A stretch of 64,000 nt of DNA from Camelus dromedarius (lineage: Eukaryota). A program made the translations under genes and the position numbers. The DNA is taken from contig NC_087437.1 in NCBI RefSeq assembly GCF_036321535.1, positions 122,390,001 to 122,454,000 of the forward strand, in the 5' to 3' direction. A model generated the notes under the pieces. That model saw only the letters and a program-made list of their open reading frames with translations. It made no database searches and was not told the origin of the DNA. Positions 47,186-57,989 of this stretch are shown piece by piece (position 1 is the stretch's first letter; each line of letters opens with the position of its first letter).

Positions 47186-48331
47186 CTTCGTGTGACAGCA
47201 GCGTGTACCACTTTGCGCCAGTTTTGTAGTGCTCCTCTACCTGACGAGCTTGTCCTTAGTAATAAAATGAATGATCAAGATTTTAGGCTGAAAAGCCTAT
47301 TTCGTCAAATATTTTACGTGGAGCCCAGTTGTGATTAGTTCACTGTTTGAGCTAGGAGTTTACGTCAGTTCCTCAGTGATAACACCAACAGTGCTCGTTC
47401 TTCACATCGGAGCTTGGAACGCGCCTCTGCGATGTTCAGACCTTGGCGTCCGAACGTTGGAGGGGAGGCGGGAAGTCTCAGCGAGGGGGGCGGGGGTGGG
47501 ACGGCCTTTCCAGTCAGCGCCACCCCCTCCTTCACGCATGTAGTCTGAGGGAGTTGAAGTTTCTTGTATTTCGTGTCACTGGAGGTTTAAAGATTACTTG
47601 GAAGTCTGAGGCTCAGGGAGAAACCTTATTTTGGAGCCACTGGTTTGGCCTTAAGAAAATCCTGCTTCAAGGAGGGGAATTTTTATCGGGGTGTTTGGTT
47701 CTCGAAAATACTGCTGAGAACCATTGATGAAGCCAAGGCCCTCCTTGAGGACTTGCTGTCTGGGAAGGGCGCCCAGCACATCGGCCGCTCTGCCTGCGGG
47801 GGGCGTTCTGGCGGCTTCTTCCCCCAGCAGGCAGCAGTGCGGGTGTGGAAAACGCCTTCGTTTCCTCTTCAAAGCTGGACCGCATGTACGAGTTTGGACG
47901 CCTGTTTCTTCCCCGCTTAATATGTTGTGACCCTTTTATTCCTGTTGAAAGCTCCTTGAAACCTTTTTAAAGGGCTGTTAATATTCACTGTATGGCTGTC
48001 TTGTCAGCCACTGCCTTGTTCCTTGGCAAGTTCTGTCCAATCTTTTTAAACCACTAACAGTCCTGAGACCATTTTGTACTTTTTGAGTAATTACTGAGGA
48101 CAGCTTCTCGTGGCGGAGGCCCGGGTTTGCACTGTGGTCTGCCTGGGGTGCGCCTTCCACCAGGCAGACGTCTGCTCCGGAGTGTGGCTGGGCCTGTGGG
48201 TTGTGGGACTGGTACACGCAGGTGTCTCCAGGCGGGCGGAGGACAGTCTGTGCTTTAATAACAAACAGTGGTTTGAGGCTCTGATTTCCTGAAATGCTTG
48301 CCTAAAAATCAGTCTTTGTTCTCTTAAATAG

Positions 48332-48502
48332 GATAAGGCGGCGTTGCAGGAGCAGCAGATGAGCAACTTGCTTCTGGTGTCCACGCTGCAGTCCAGGCTG
48401 GACGAGGGCAAGTGCCCGGTACCTCCTGCGGGCAGCAGTCTTGAGGGCCCAGAGGTCCGGCTAGAGGCGCTGCAGAGGGCGCTGCTGGAGCGTGAGGACG
48501 AG
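48332..48502 (+). CDS. PCNT: PCNT exon (about exon 26), 171 nt
   Basis: cttaaatag|GATAAG...GACGAG|gtctgt; DKAALQEQQMSNLLLVSTLQSRLDEGKCPVPP. Confidence 0.95.
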
Positions 48503-48728
48503 GTCTGTGTGGGCAGCCTCCTCTGCTCAGCGTCTGCACGTCTGTGTCCGTGAGAACAGTTTGTGCTTTGTGATGACTGTTTGTCTCTGCAATAAGCACG
48601 TTTCTGTGTGGACTGTGGGGGGTTGATGGCTTTCTCTGGCGTGTACTTTTAAATCTTTCAAAGTGAATTCAATGATTATTAAGTCAGAATATTAGGTGAC
48701 TTTTCATGCTTACCTTCTCTAATGCAAG

Positions 48729-48881
48729 GTTCTGGACTTAAAAGAACAATTAGAAAAAACTAAACATGACTTAGTGAGCAGAAACGAAGAAGTGCTCCAT
48801 CTGGACTGGACGCTGGGCGTGCAGGACAGCAGTGCCGCCACGCGCATCCGAGAACTTCAGGAAGAGAGTGCCGGTCTGAAG
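48729..48881 (+). CDS. PCNT: PCNT exon (about exon 27), 153 nt
   Basis: ctctaatgcaag|GTTCTG...CTGAAG|gtgagc; VLDLKEQLEKTKHDLVSRNEEVLHL. Confidence 0.94.
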
Positions 48882-49963
48882 GTGAGCTGGGAGACCGCAG
48901 ACACCTACGTTCAGTCGGTTTTGTGAGTGCCAGGCGTCAGTCCCAGGGTCAGACCTCGGGCCTCCCCGGACACACGGGACCTTCTTTCTGAAGTCAGAGG
49001 GACGTGGTGCTGGCAGGTGACTCAGCAGATGTGTGACTTCTGCGCCAGGCTGGTGCTCGGGGCAGCTCTGGAATGTGTGCGGTGGAAGCAGCTTCCTAGC
49101 ACTGTTAGTGGAAAAGCAGTATCACTGGGCCTGGCAGAGCCCTGCTGCCCCCTGCGCCAGGCCTCGCCCCCACCTGCAGCACCGTTGATCGGGCCTTTGG
49201 GGGATTCTTGTTGGAGCAGAGCTGCAGGAGAGGGAGGCGCTTCCCTAATGACGGACACTGTAAGGAGGGAATGAATCGTCACTCTGAAACCATGGTGTTG
49301 CTCTGGGCCGCTACGGGGGCGCCACATTCTAGAAGAGGCGGACTCTGGGTTCCTGGTCACTCCCTGTCAGCAGCGGGAGAAAAATCGGTTTTAAAGTCTT
49401 CTCTGTTGCCTTAATGCAATTGTGCTTTTGAGGCAGAAATGAAAAACAGGCTCTGTATAGTGCGGATGGTAATCAGACCTGGACGAGTTGCCGGTGGGTG
49501 CAGCCTGGCGGTGGTTTGGTGAGCAGGAACTGACCGCCTCCAGGGAAGCTGGAGGTCACGCCACCTGCGCCCATTCCTCACAAGGTTGCATCTGCATGGT
49601 TTTAAAATATCTTCAGTGAAAACAGGGTTTTAGGCCATCCCTAGTCCCTGGATGTCCTTCTGGTGGGAGTTCGTCCATAGTTAATAGGTGAGTGGTGGGT
49701 CAGGCACACTTTGCGTGCTCTTTGGTGCTTGCTTTGAAACAAGATTGCCTGGAAAAATGCAGTAATTGAATTTAAAAGCTGAACTAATATGTCATTTTAG
49801 GCAGGAAGTACTTTAATAGAAAAACATTTTCAAACTGAGCGTTTGTATTTAGAACTGCAGGCTTGTTTGATTAGGATATTTGGCATCTGCAGGGTCAGGA
49901 CTATTTCCCATAGTAATGCTTTGTTGGCATTATTGTTATGTTTTATTGTTATTATTTCCACAG

Positions 49964-50056
49964 GCATTTCTGCAAAACAAGGAGAGGGAGATGACGTGTG
50001 TGAGCGAGCAGAACGAGCAGCAGCTGGCAGGGACGGGCTATGGCGCCCTCAGCGAG
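49964..50056 (+). CDS. PCNT: PCNT additional or cassette exon, 93 nt, phase 0-0
   Basis: attatttccacag|GCATTT...AGCGAG|gtgggc; open frame AFLQNKEREMTCVSEQNEQQLAGTGYGALSE. Confidence 0.8.
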
Positions 50057-50502
50057 GTGGGCCTTGCCTGGCGCTGCGCGGGACCGCAGTCTGATCTGAT
50101 GTTTTAGGCATGACGTTCTCAGTAGTTTGTAAGGTGTTTGGGGGTCAGCGGGGGCGCCTGTGTCCTTACACGAGGTCACAGTGGTTTGTCATTAATGCTG
50201 GAGGAGGTGTGAGGATGGTGGGGCCGTCGGGGACAAGGAGTCTGTCTGCAGTTCCTCATGACCCCAGGTGTCGCCGTGACAGGCTGTGGGGAAGTTAGGG
50301 TCTGTGTTGGTACCTTATCTATTTGGCAAAATTTTAAAATATACTTTTGTGTTACTTAGAGGAATGCCTTTAAAACAGGAGGTTATATCTGCTTCTTGTC
50401 CACAGTGCTCTAGAACTGGCCATGCGAATGCTCAAGTATTGTAAATATTGAAAATAGTTTATGAGGAAAATATTTTAGTTCTATTAGGAATATAAAGCGT
50501 TA

Positions 50503-50639
50503 GGGGGTGGGTATATAGCTCATGTGGTAGAGTGCGTGCTTAGCATGCGCGAGGTCCTGGGTTCAATCCCCAGTGCCTCCATTAAAATAAATGATACTAA
50601 ATAAATAAACCTAACTACCCCCCCCAAAAAAAATTAAAG
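50503..50639 (+). mobile_element. tRNA-Ala-derived SINE (Vic-1-like)
   Basis: TAGCTCATGTGGTAGAG...CTTAGCATG...GGTTCAATCCCC; degenerate 17-bp TSD aggaatataaagcgtta / aagagtagaaagcttta. Confidence 0.92.
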
Positions 50640-51099
50640 AAGAGTAGAAAGCTTTATAAAGATAATCTCAAATACTTTCTTTGAGGTTTTTGTTTATTTC
50701 TAAAAATGTCAGTCTGTACATGCTTTGTTTTCTGTAATTCTATTTGTAATTTTTTGTGAAAATATTGATGATATCTTTGCTTTGATACAATAAATAAACC
50801 AAAATCCCGTTTGTAGGACTAACTCCTGTTAGGCTTCTAACTCTTCGAAGGATACCACGTTTTGTTGCATTTTCTGCCCTTATTTTCTGTCAGTGAAGAC
50901 TCTCATCTTGTAGACTCGTGGTGTCTGCAGGTTTGTGGGAAACTGAACACTCCTGCCCCCCCCCCCACCCCCCGCTGCTCAGACCTCTTCTGACGTGTTT
51001 GTTCTTTCTTTTCTGTGGTTGCTTCTCCAGCAGCTGCTGGACGAGCTGGCCCCTTACTCTCAACACACAGTGTCCCTTCCTTCATTGTTTATTCTAGTA

Positions 51100-53668
51100 C
51101 CTGGTTAGTGGTGTTTCTTTCATTTTTCGTTGACCTTCCCTCTTACTCTGTAGTTTTCAAGGACGAGGTCTTGAACGTCGTTTATTAGATGCACTCCTGA
51201 GTATTTTTGGCTTGTTGCACTATTGTAAACAGACTTAAACTTCTTTCATTATCTAGCACACTTACACACATGCATGTGTGTAATTTTTGCGTGTTAACCT
51301 TGTACCCTGTTACCTTGCTGAACTCACGCATACTGGTAGTGTTGGGACAGACTTCTGGGGCTTTCTCTGCAGAAGAGCACACTGCCTGCAAGTAAAGCCT
51401 GCCTTGTCTCTTTCCAGTCTTTGTATTCTCTTCGTTTTGGTGCTTATTGCAGGGCGGGCACTTGCAGTGCTGGGTTAAGCACAACCGCTGAAGGCGGCCG
51501 TCCTGGCCCCGCCCCCTCGCTGTCCCACGTGGGGTGGGTGTCAGCTGCAGGTCTCCTAGCGGTCCTTCCTCAGGTTGAGGCGGTTCCCTTTTGTTTCTGC
51601 TTCCGTCCTCCGACTCTTCAGAAGTGGTTGTGTTCTTGTTCTCGTTGTCTAACAGGGTGCGTTACACTGGGTGGTTGGGGAGGTTCAGCCAGCCTCGCCT
51701 GGGGCGAGCCCTGCTGGGTGCCGACGGGCGGCTCTCAGTGCGTTGCCGGGGCTGAGCTGCTGATGTTTTTAGTGGATTTCACGTCTGTGTTCATGAGGGA
51801 TTCCAGTCTGTATTTGTTTTTGGTGATATTTTATCAGATTTTGGTATGAAGACTTTGCTGGGCTTGTAAACTGAAATTCTCCTACTTTCTCCATTTTCTG
51901 ACAGAGGTTATTTAAATGGATGTGATTTTTTTCCCTTAAATGTTTTGATAGAATGCACACGAAACCATCTGGCCCTGGAGGCTACTTAGTGGGGACATTT
52001 TGGTGATGAACTCAGTTTCTTTATTAGGTATGTGGGTGTTGAGACTTTCTGTTTCAGCTTGTGCTGGTTTTGATAAGTTGCGTTTTTCAAGGAGTTTGTC
52101 GATTTCATCCAGATTGTCAAATTTCTTGGCATGAAGGAATCTGTAATCTTTCCTTGTTAACTATTAGTCGTATTAACCATTTCCTGTTAAGTCACTGAAT
52201 ACCTGTAAGTTTGGCGTCTATGACCCTTTTTGCATTCTTACTGGTGAATCTGTGTTTTCTCTTTTTCTGACATCTTTCTGTTCTCGGGGTTTATTAATTT
52301 TATTGATGTTTTAAAAAACCAAATTTTGGCTTTACTAGTTTTGTCAATTTTTTTCCTATTTCTTTGATTTCTCTCATTTCTGTTATTGGATTCCTTCTAT
52401 GTACCTTGGATTTATTTTGCTATTCTTTTTCTAGCTTCTTTAGGTGAAACCTTCAGTTGTTAATTTTAGACAGATCTTATTTTTAATATAACCATTTCTT
52501 ATTGATAAATATTTCAAAGTATTTAAAAAATCCACAACACAGTAAAATTCCCTTTTCGGGGTACAGTTCCATGCGTTTTGAAAACTGCGTTTCGTTCTGT
52601 AAGCACCACTGCAACCAAGACGGCGCCTCACTGAGTCCCTCACCCAGGAGGCCTGAGCCCTGTGCTGCCCCTTGTGGCCACCGTTCCCCCACCCCACTCC
52701 TGCAGCCACCGATCTGTCCCCCAGCCCTGCGGCTTTTGCCTTTGCAGAATGCTGTCAGTCACTTAGCACAATGTGTTTGCAGTTCATCCACTAATTCTTT
52801 TAATACTTTAATCCGTGGTTTGTGTATCCATTCACTCACTGAGGTGTGTTTGGGTTGTTTCTAGGTTCTGACTGAAAGTTATGAGTTGAGCTGCTGTAAA
52901 CATTCATGTGTAGGTTTTTGTGTGAAAAAAAGTTTTCAGTTCTTTAGGATAAATACTTACGAATAGAACAGCTGATTCACGTGTAAGTGTGTGTTTAACC
53001 TCAAGAGAAACTGCCTGACTCTGGCCCATTGCTCTGCCATCTTACGCCCCCAGGAGCAGTGTGCGAGGACTGCGCCCGTCCTCGCCAGCACTTGGTGTGG
53101 CCCGTCTTCTTCACTGTGGCCGTTCCCATGGGTGTGTGGTGGGTGTCCTTGGAGTTTTTCTTTGCAGTTCCTTAATGACACCTTACTACATGCTTGTTTG
53201 CCATCCATATGGTGGTGAAATGTTTGCAATTTAAAAAAAATTTTTTATTGAAGTCTAATCAATTTATTATACTGTGTTAATTTCAGGTATACAACATAGT
53301 GATTCAGTATTTTTATAGATTCTACTCCATTCAAAGTTATTACAAAATAATGGTTACATCTCCCTGGGTTGTACAACGTTATCTTTTTTGCTTAGTTATT
53401 TTATACGTAGTAGTTCGTGCCTCTTAATCCTCCACCTCGTCATGCCCCTCCCCCTTCCCTCTCCCCACTGATAATCACTAGTTTGTTCTCTACATCTGTG
53501 AGTCTGTTTTTGTTTTATTTATTCATTTGTTTTGTTTTTAGATTCAACATATAAGTGATAACAGTATTGTCTTTATTTGACTTACTTTTCTAAGTGTGAT
53601 ACTCTCTGGATCCATCAATGTTGTTGCAAATGGCAGAGTTTCATTCTTTTTAATGGCTGAATAATATT

Positions 53669-53712
<44 letters not shown>

Positions 53713-54605
53713 CACCACATTTTTATCCATTCATCTGCTGGTGGGCACTTAGTTTGCTTCTGTATCTTGGCAATTATAGATAATACTGCTATGAACATTG
53801 GGGTACATGTATCTTTTCGTATTAGTGTTTTTATTTTCTTCAGACATATACCCAGAAATAGAATTACTCAATCATATGGTAGTTCTATTTTTAGTTTTTT
53901 GAGGAACCTCCTTACTGTTTTCTGCAGTGACAGCACCAACTTCCATTCCCACCAACAGTGTAGGAGGGTTCCCTTTTCTCCGCATCCTCGCCAACATTTC
54001 TATTTTGTGTTCTTTTTGATGATGTTCATTATGACAGATGTGAGGTGGTATCTTATTGTGGTTTTGATCTATGTTTCCCTGATGATCAGTGATGTTGAGC
54101 ATCTTTTCATGTGCCTGTTGGTCGTCTGTGTGGCCCCTTTGAATCTGTAGATTGATCTGGAGAGAACTGACGTTTTAACAATGTTGAGTCTTCTAATCCA
54201 TGAACATGGTATGACTGTTTGTCTTCTTGCAGTTCTTTCATTGATGTTGTATAATTTTCAATTTACATGTCCTGCATATATTTTGTTAGATTTATGTCTA
54301 GGTACTTAATTTTTTTTGTGGTGCTATCTTAAATGATATGTTCATTTAATTTTAAAAAATGCTACATTTTGTTTAATTTTAAATTCTAATATGGTTGATT
54401 ACATTGATGGATTGTCAAATACTGAACCAGTCCTGAATCCCTGGAGTAAGCTCCCCTTGGTCATGGTGTATAGTTCTTTTTATATTTGCTGAATTCTATT
54501 TACTAGTATTTTAAGAATTTATGCATCTGTATTCATCATGGATATTGGTCTGTACTTTTCTTGTGATGTCTGTCTGGTTTTGGTATCAGGGTAAAATTGG
54601 CCTGT
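51100..54605 (-). mobile_element. Cluster of nested antisense L1 fragments; youngest about 53240-54135
   Basis: Minus translations FSKVTGYKVNTQK and [28 protein letters not shown] are L1 ORF2-like. Confidence 0.9.
53671..53708. repeat. (TG)19 microsatellite
   Basis: Perfect dinucleotide run inside an L1 fragment. Confidence 0.98.
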
Positions 54606-54714
54606 TTTAGGAAGCAAAACAGTATTGTGACAATTTGGTTGAAAATTGTTAACTAGAACACAGATTGGTTAGAACTTTCTTATTTTTTGGTCACTACTGG
54701 TGATGTAATCTTAA

Positions 54715-54920
54715 CAGAATGGAGTTTGGAGCCATATGGACACAGGTTTCTGTCCTGATTTTCCATTTGCTGTCTTTGCAGTCTTGGCAAGATTCTTCAT
54801 ATCTAAATTTCAGTTGTCCCATCTTTAAAGTAGGAGCAGTAACATTTCTTACCTTCGAACTGTTGAGAGTGAGATAGCACAGGCAGAAGCACCCTTCAGC
54901 ACCTGGCGTGCCGAGTCCCC
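54715..54920 (+). mobile_element. MIR SINE
   Basis: gtcttggcaagattcttc...ttcagttgtcccatctttaaagtaggag matches the MIR core. Confidence 0.65.
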
Positions 54921-55475
54921 TGTCCCCGCTGCGCACAGTGTGAAAAGCATGCTGCGTGCGCTGGCTCTTTCACACTCCTAACCAATGCAAATTCCCCAGC
55001 CCGACTTCTCACGTTTATTCTTATTCTCCTGTTAGAATGACACCTACAATCTAAATGCCCCCTTTAGGAAAATCAAACACGTCAAAGTTGTTGACATGCT
55101 AACAAAATACATTTAAAAGGTGACTGAGATGTGGCCAAGTTAGAGTGTCCCCTGAGCCTGGGCAGCCGCGTTGGGTGAGGTCTGGAAGCAGCAGGACGTG
55201 GCCGGAATCGAAGCATTTGAACAGGCGGCAGGGCAGCGGTGGCGCGTGTGGCTTTTTGACCATTTCGCTCCACCTGAAGTAGCTGGATGTTTGGGTGGTT
55301 TTCAGACATTCGTGTTGTTTGGTGGCATTGTTAGCCAGCTTCCACAGCTGTTTGGTCGTTTAAGCTGTGGAGTCCCTCCGCTTCTGTGGGAGTGAGTTCA
55401 GGCTGAACTGCAAGGTGAAAGGGGAAATTCTGAAGTCGGCCATTTAATTTCCTCTGAAACGTGCTTTTTCTTCAG

Positions 55476-56336
55476 GTCATGTGTGACAGGGGTTCTGAAA
55501 TTGAGGAGCTGAAATCCATTATTGAGAATCTGCGGGAGAACCAGGAGCGGCTACAGAAGGATAGAGCGGAGGAGGTGGACCAGCTCCACGAGGTCATCGA
55601 GAAGCTGCAGCGGGAGCTGTCCATCGCGGGGCCGGCGCTGCACGAGGTCAGCGGCGGTGACAGTGGCGGGGCGGGCAGCCTGAAAAACGAGCTGCTGGGC
55701 CTGCAGGCAGAGGGAGCCGCGGCCCGCGAGGTGCTGGAGGGCGAGCTGCACACCGCCTTGGAGGCCAAGGAAGCCCTGGGCCGGCTGCTGAGCGAGCAGG
55801 AGCGCCTGCACGGCCAGGCCCTAGAGGCCCTGCAGGGGCGCCTGCGGGATGCGGAGGAGGCTGCCGCGCGGAGGCTGGCCCAGCTGGAGCAGAGTGCAGC
55901 CCTCAGGGAGGCTGAGGTTCAAGGCCTGGCCTCCCAGATCCGGGAGTTTGAAGCTGCCCTGAAAGCCAAGGACGTGAAGATTGCAGAAAGAGACCTAGAA
56001 ATCGAGGCCGTGAACAAAGAGAGGCGGGCCCACTCCTCTGAGCTGGAGGCCCTCCTGTCGGCTGTGGCCCGCTTCCGCCATGCCTTGGAGCAGCAGCCCC
56101 TGGCTGCCGCTGAGGAGCCCCCTGAGCTGCAGCGGCTCCGAGCACAGTGTCGCCGCCTCAGCCGCCAGCTGCAGGTGCTCCACCAGCAGTTTGTGAGGTG
56201 CCAGAAGGAGCTGGACAGGGAGCAGGTGTGCGGGGCCCACCCACCCCCTTGTATGGACGACAGCACCCAGTGCCAGGCGCCATGTGATGAAGGGCTGGAG
56301 CAGGAGGCTCCCCACGGCCATGGCGGTGACCCACAG
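55476..56336 (+). CDS. PCNT: PCNT large exon (about exon 28), 861 nt
   Basis: ttttcttcag|GTCATG...CCACAG|gtgggt; SEIEELKSIIENLRENQERLQKDRAEEVDQLHEVIEKLQ...PPELQRLRAQC. Confidence 0.96.
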
Positions 56337-56426
56337 GTGGGTCCTTCCTCCTTGGGCTACAGCTGTGCAGCCTCTGTGTGCAGGGAGCTGGGTGAGGTGG
56401 GGATATGGGGGTGCATGTGGGAGCTG

Positions 56427-56526
56427 GGGGTGCAGGCAGGGGAGCTGGAGTGTAGGAGGGGGACTGGGGTGCAGGCAGGGGAGCTGGAGTATAGGAGGGG
56501 GACTGGGGTGCAGGCAGGAGCTGGAG
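56427..56526 (+). repeat. 39-bp G-rich minisatellite, about 2.5 copies
   Basis: Unit ggggtgcaggcaggggagctggagtrtaggagggggact starts at 56427, 56466 and 56505. Confidence 0.92.
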
Positions 56527-56768
56527 GAGCTGCAGTGTGCTTGATGTCTGCGGGAGGCCGTGCTTTGTGGGGTTGCCCCAGCCTCCAGCACGTCTTGGCC
56601 TGTTGTGGGCATGTGCTTCTCTGGTCTCCTGCCCCACTTGTGTGATGTGGGTCACGAGCTGTGGACTTTCCCTGGGAGACTTGCTGGCGGGCGAGCCGGC
56701 TCCGGAGCTCCCAGAGTCTGAGGCTGCGTGTTCGCAGGCATCATTGTGGTTTTTTCTGCTCATTGCAG

Positions 56769-56954
56769 AGCCCAGCTCCGGCGGACTTGCAGCCTGCCAA
56801 AGCCCTGGTGACGCTGAACCGCGCAGGCCTTTGCAAGCAAGATGACGTGATGTCCGTGCTCACAGTCTGCCAGAGGCTCCTGGAGTCCGAGCTGCTTCTG
56901 GTGAAGAAGGAAATGTGCTCGCGCGTGGAGGACCACGACCACGTGTCCGGAACG
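56769..56954 (+). CDS. PCNT: PCNT exon (about exon 29), 186 nt
   Basis: ctcattgcag|AGCCCA...GGAACG|gtgagg; LCKQDDVMSVLTVCQRLLESELLLVKKEM. Confidence 0.92.
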
Positions 56955-57989
56955 GTGAGGGTGCCTGGCCATGTTCAGCGGGTGAGGGCCCAGAGCACGG
57001 GGGCTGGTTATGGACAGAGAACCCCTTGGCGTCACGCACATGGGCTGCAGACAGTGACGTCCTCCCGCAGTCTGCCACTCGTTCAGATCCGTTTTGAAAT
57101 TTCCCACGTTTGATTCACCCGCACGTTTCTCGTGGTCTAATCATCTTGTAAAAAATGAGCAGTTATTTTTCCCTTGTGGTTGATACAGGTGGGGGTCTGA
57201 CTGGGCCAGGGCTGTGTCTTGGAGTTTTCCCATGAGGACGAGTGGCCCGCAGCCTTTATTGGCAGCGTCGGCTTCACCTGAAGGCGTCACGTTTATCCTC
57301 TGACCCTCCAGGGTTTTCCCTTCATCTTTTTGCTCGTCCTCCTGGCCAAGTAGAGCAGAGCAGTCTTCAACTCAGCAGGTTTAAAATTCTGGTCACCAGG
57401 ACAGAAGCTACAAGAAAGCCAACTTTTCTGTCCCAGGTGGGGAGGCTGCAGTCAGCAGCATCAGACTGTCATAGAGCTGAGACGCTCTGAGACCTGATAG
57501 GTGCTCGGGTGAGAGCCCGTCACCCTGCTGTGTGCACGCTGCACACTGTGCTCGGGTTCCAGCCTGAGCCCCCGGGACCCCCTGTGCTGTGCCACAGGCA
57601 CCATGTTGGGGATTGGGAGACTGGGAGATTCCGAATCCTGCAGCGCACAGGACCGCAGGCCAAGGCCTGCAGTTTCATAGAGGACACCTGAATCTGGTTT
57701 TGTGCGTTTATCAGGTCCCCTCAGAAGATATATTCTGTTTGAAGAGAACCTCTTCACTGACTTTGTGGCAAACTTGTCTCAGTGCCCTGTGGTAGGAACA
57801 TCTATTTGGACTCTTAAGGGAAAGCTTAGCCCTGGATCCCAAGAGCTGGTCGCCAAATTCTTAGAAGTCATACACTGACAAGGAAATTCCAAATTCATTT
57901 CATAAATCACAATTTTGTTTTTTCCAGTGTTTGCATATAGAACCTTCCAGGCTTTGTTTCCTGAAAAAGTAGGTTTTGACGTGTGTGTG

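Noticed and set aside
50503..50580. Possible tRNA-Ala gene (also 43986)
   Set aside because: Followed by a SINE-specific tail and flanked by a degenerate TSD, and the acceptor stem is not intact. It is a SINE.
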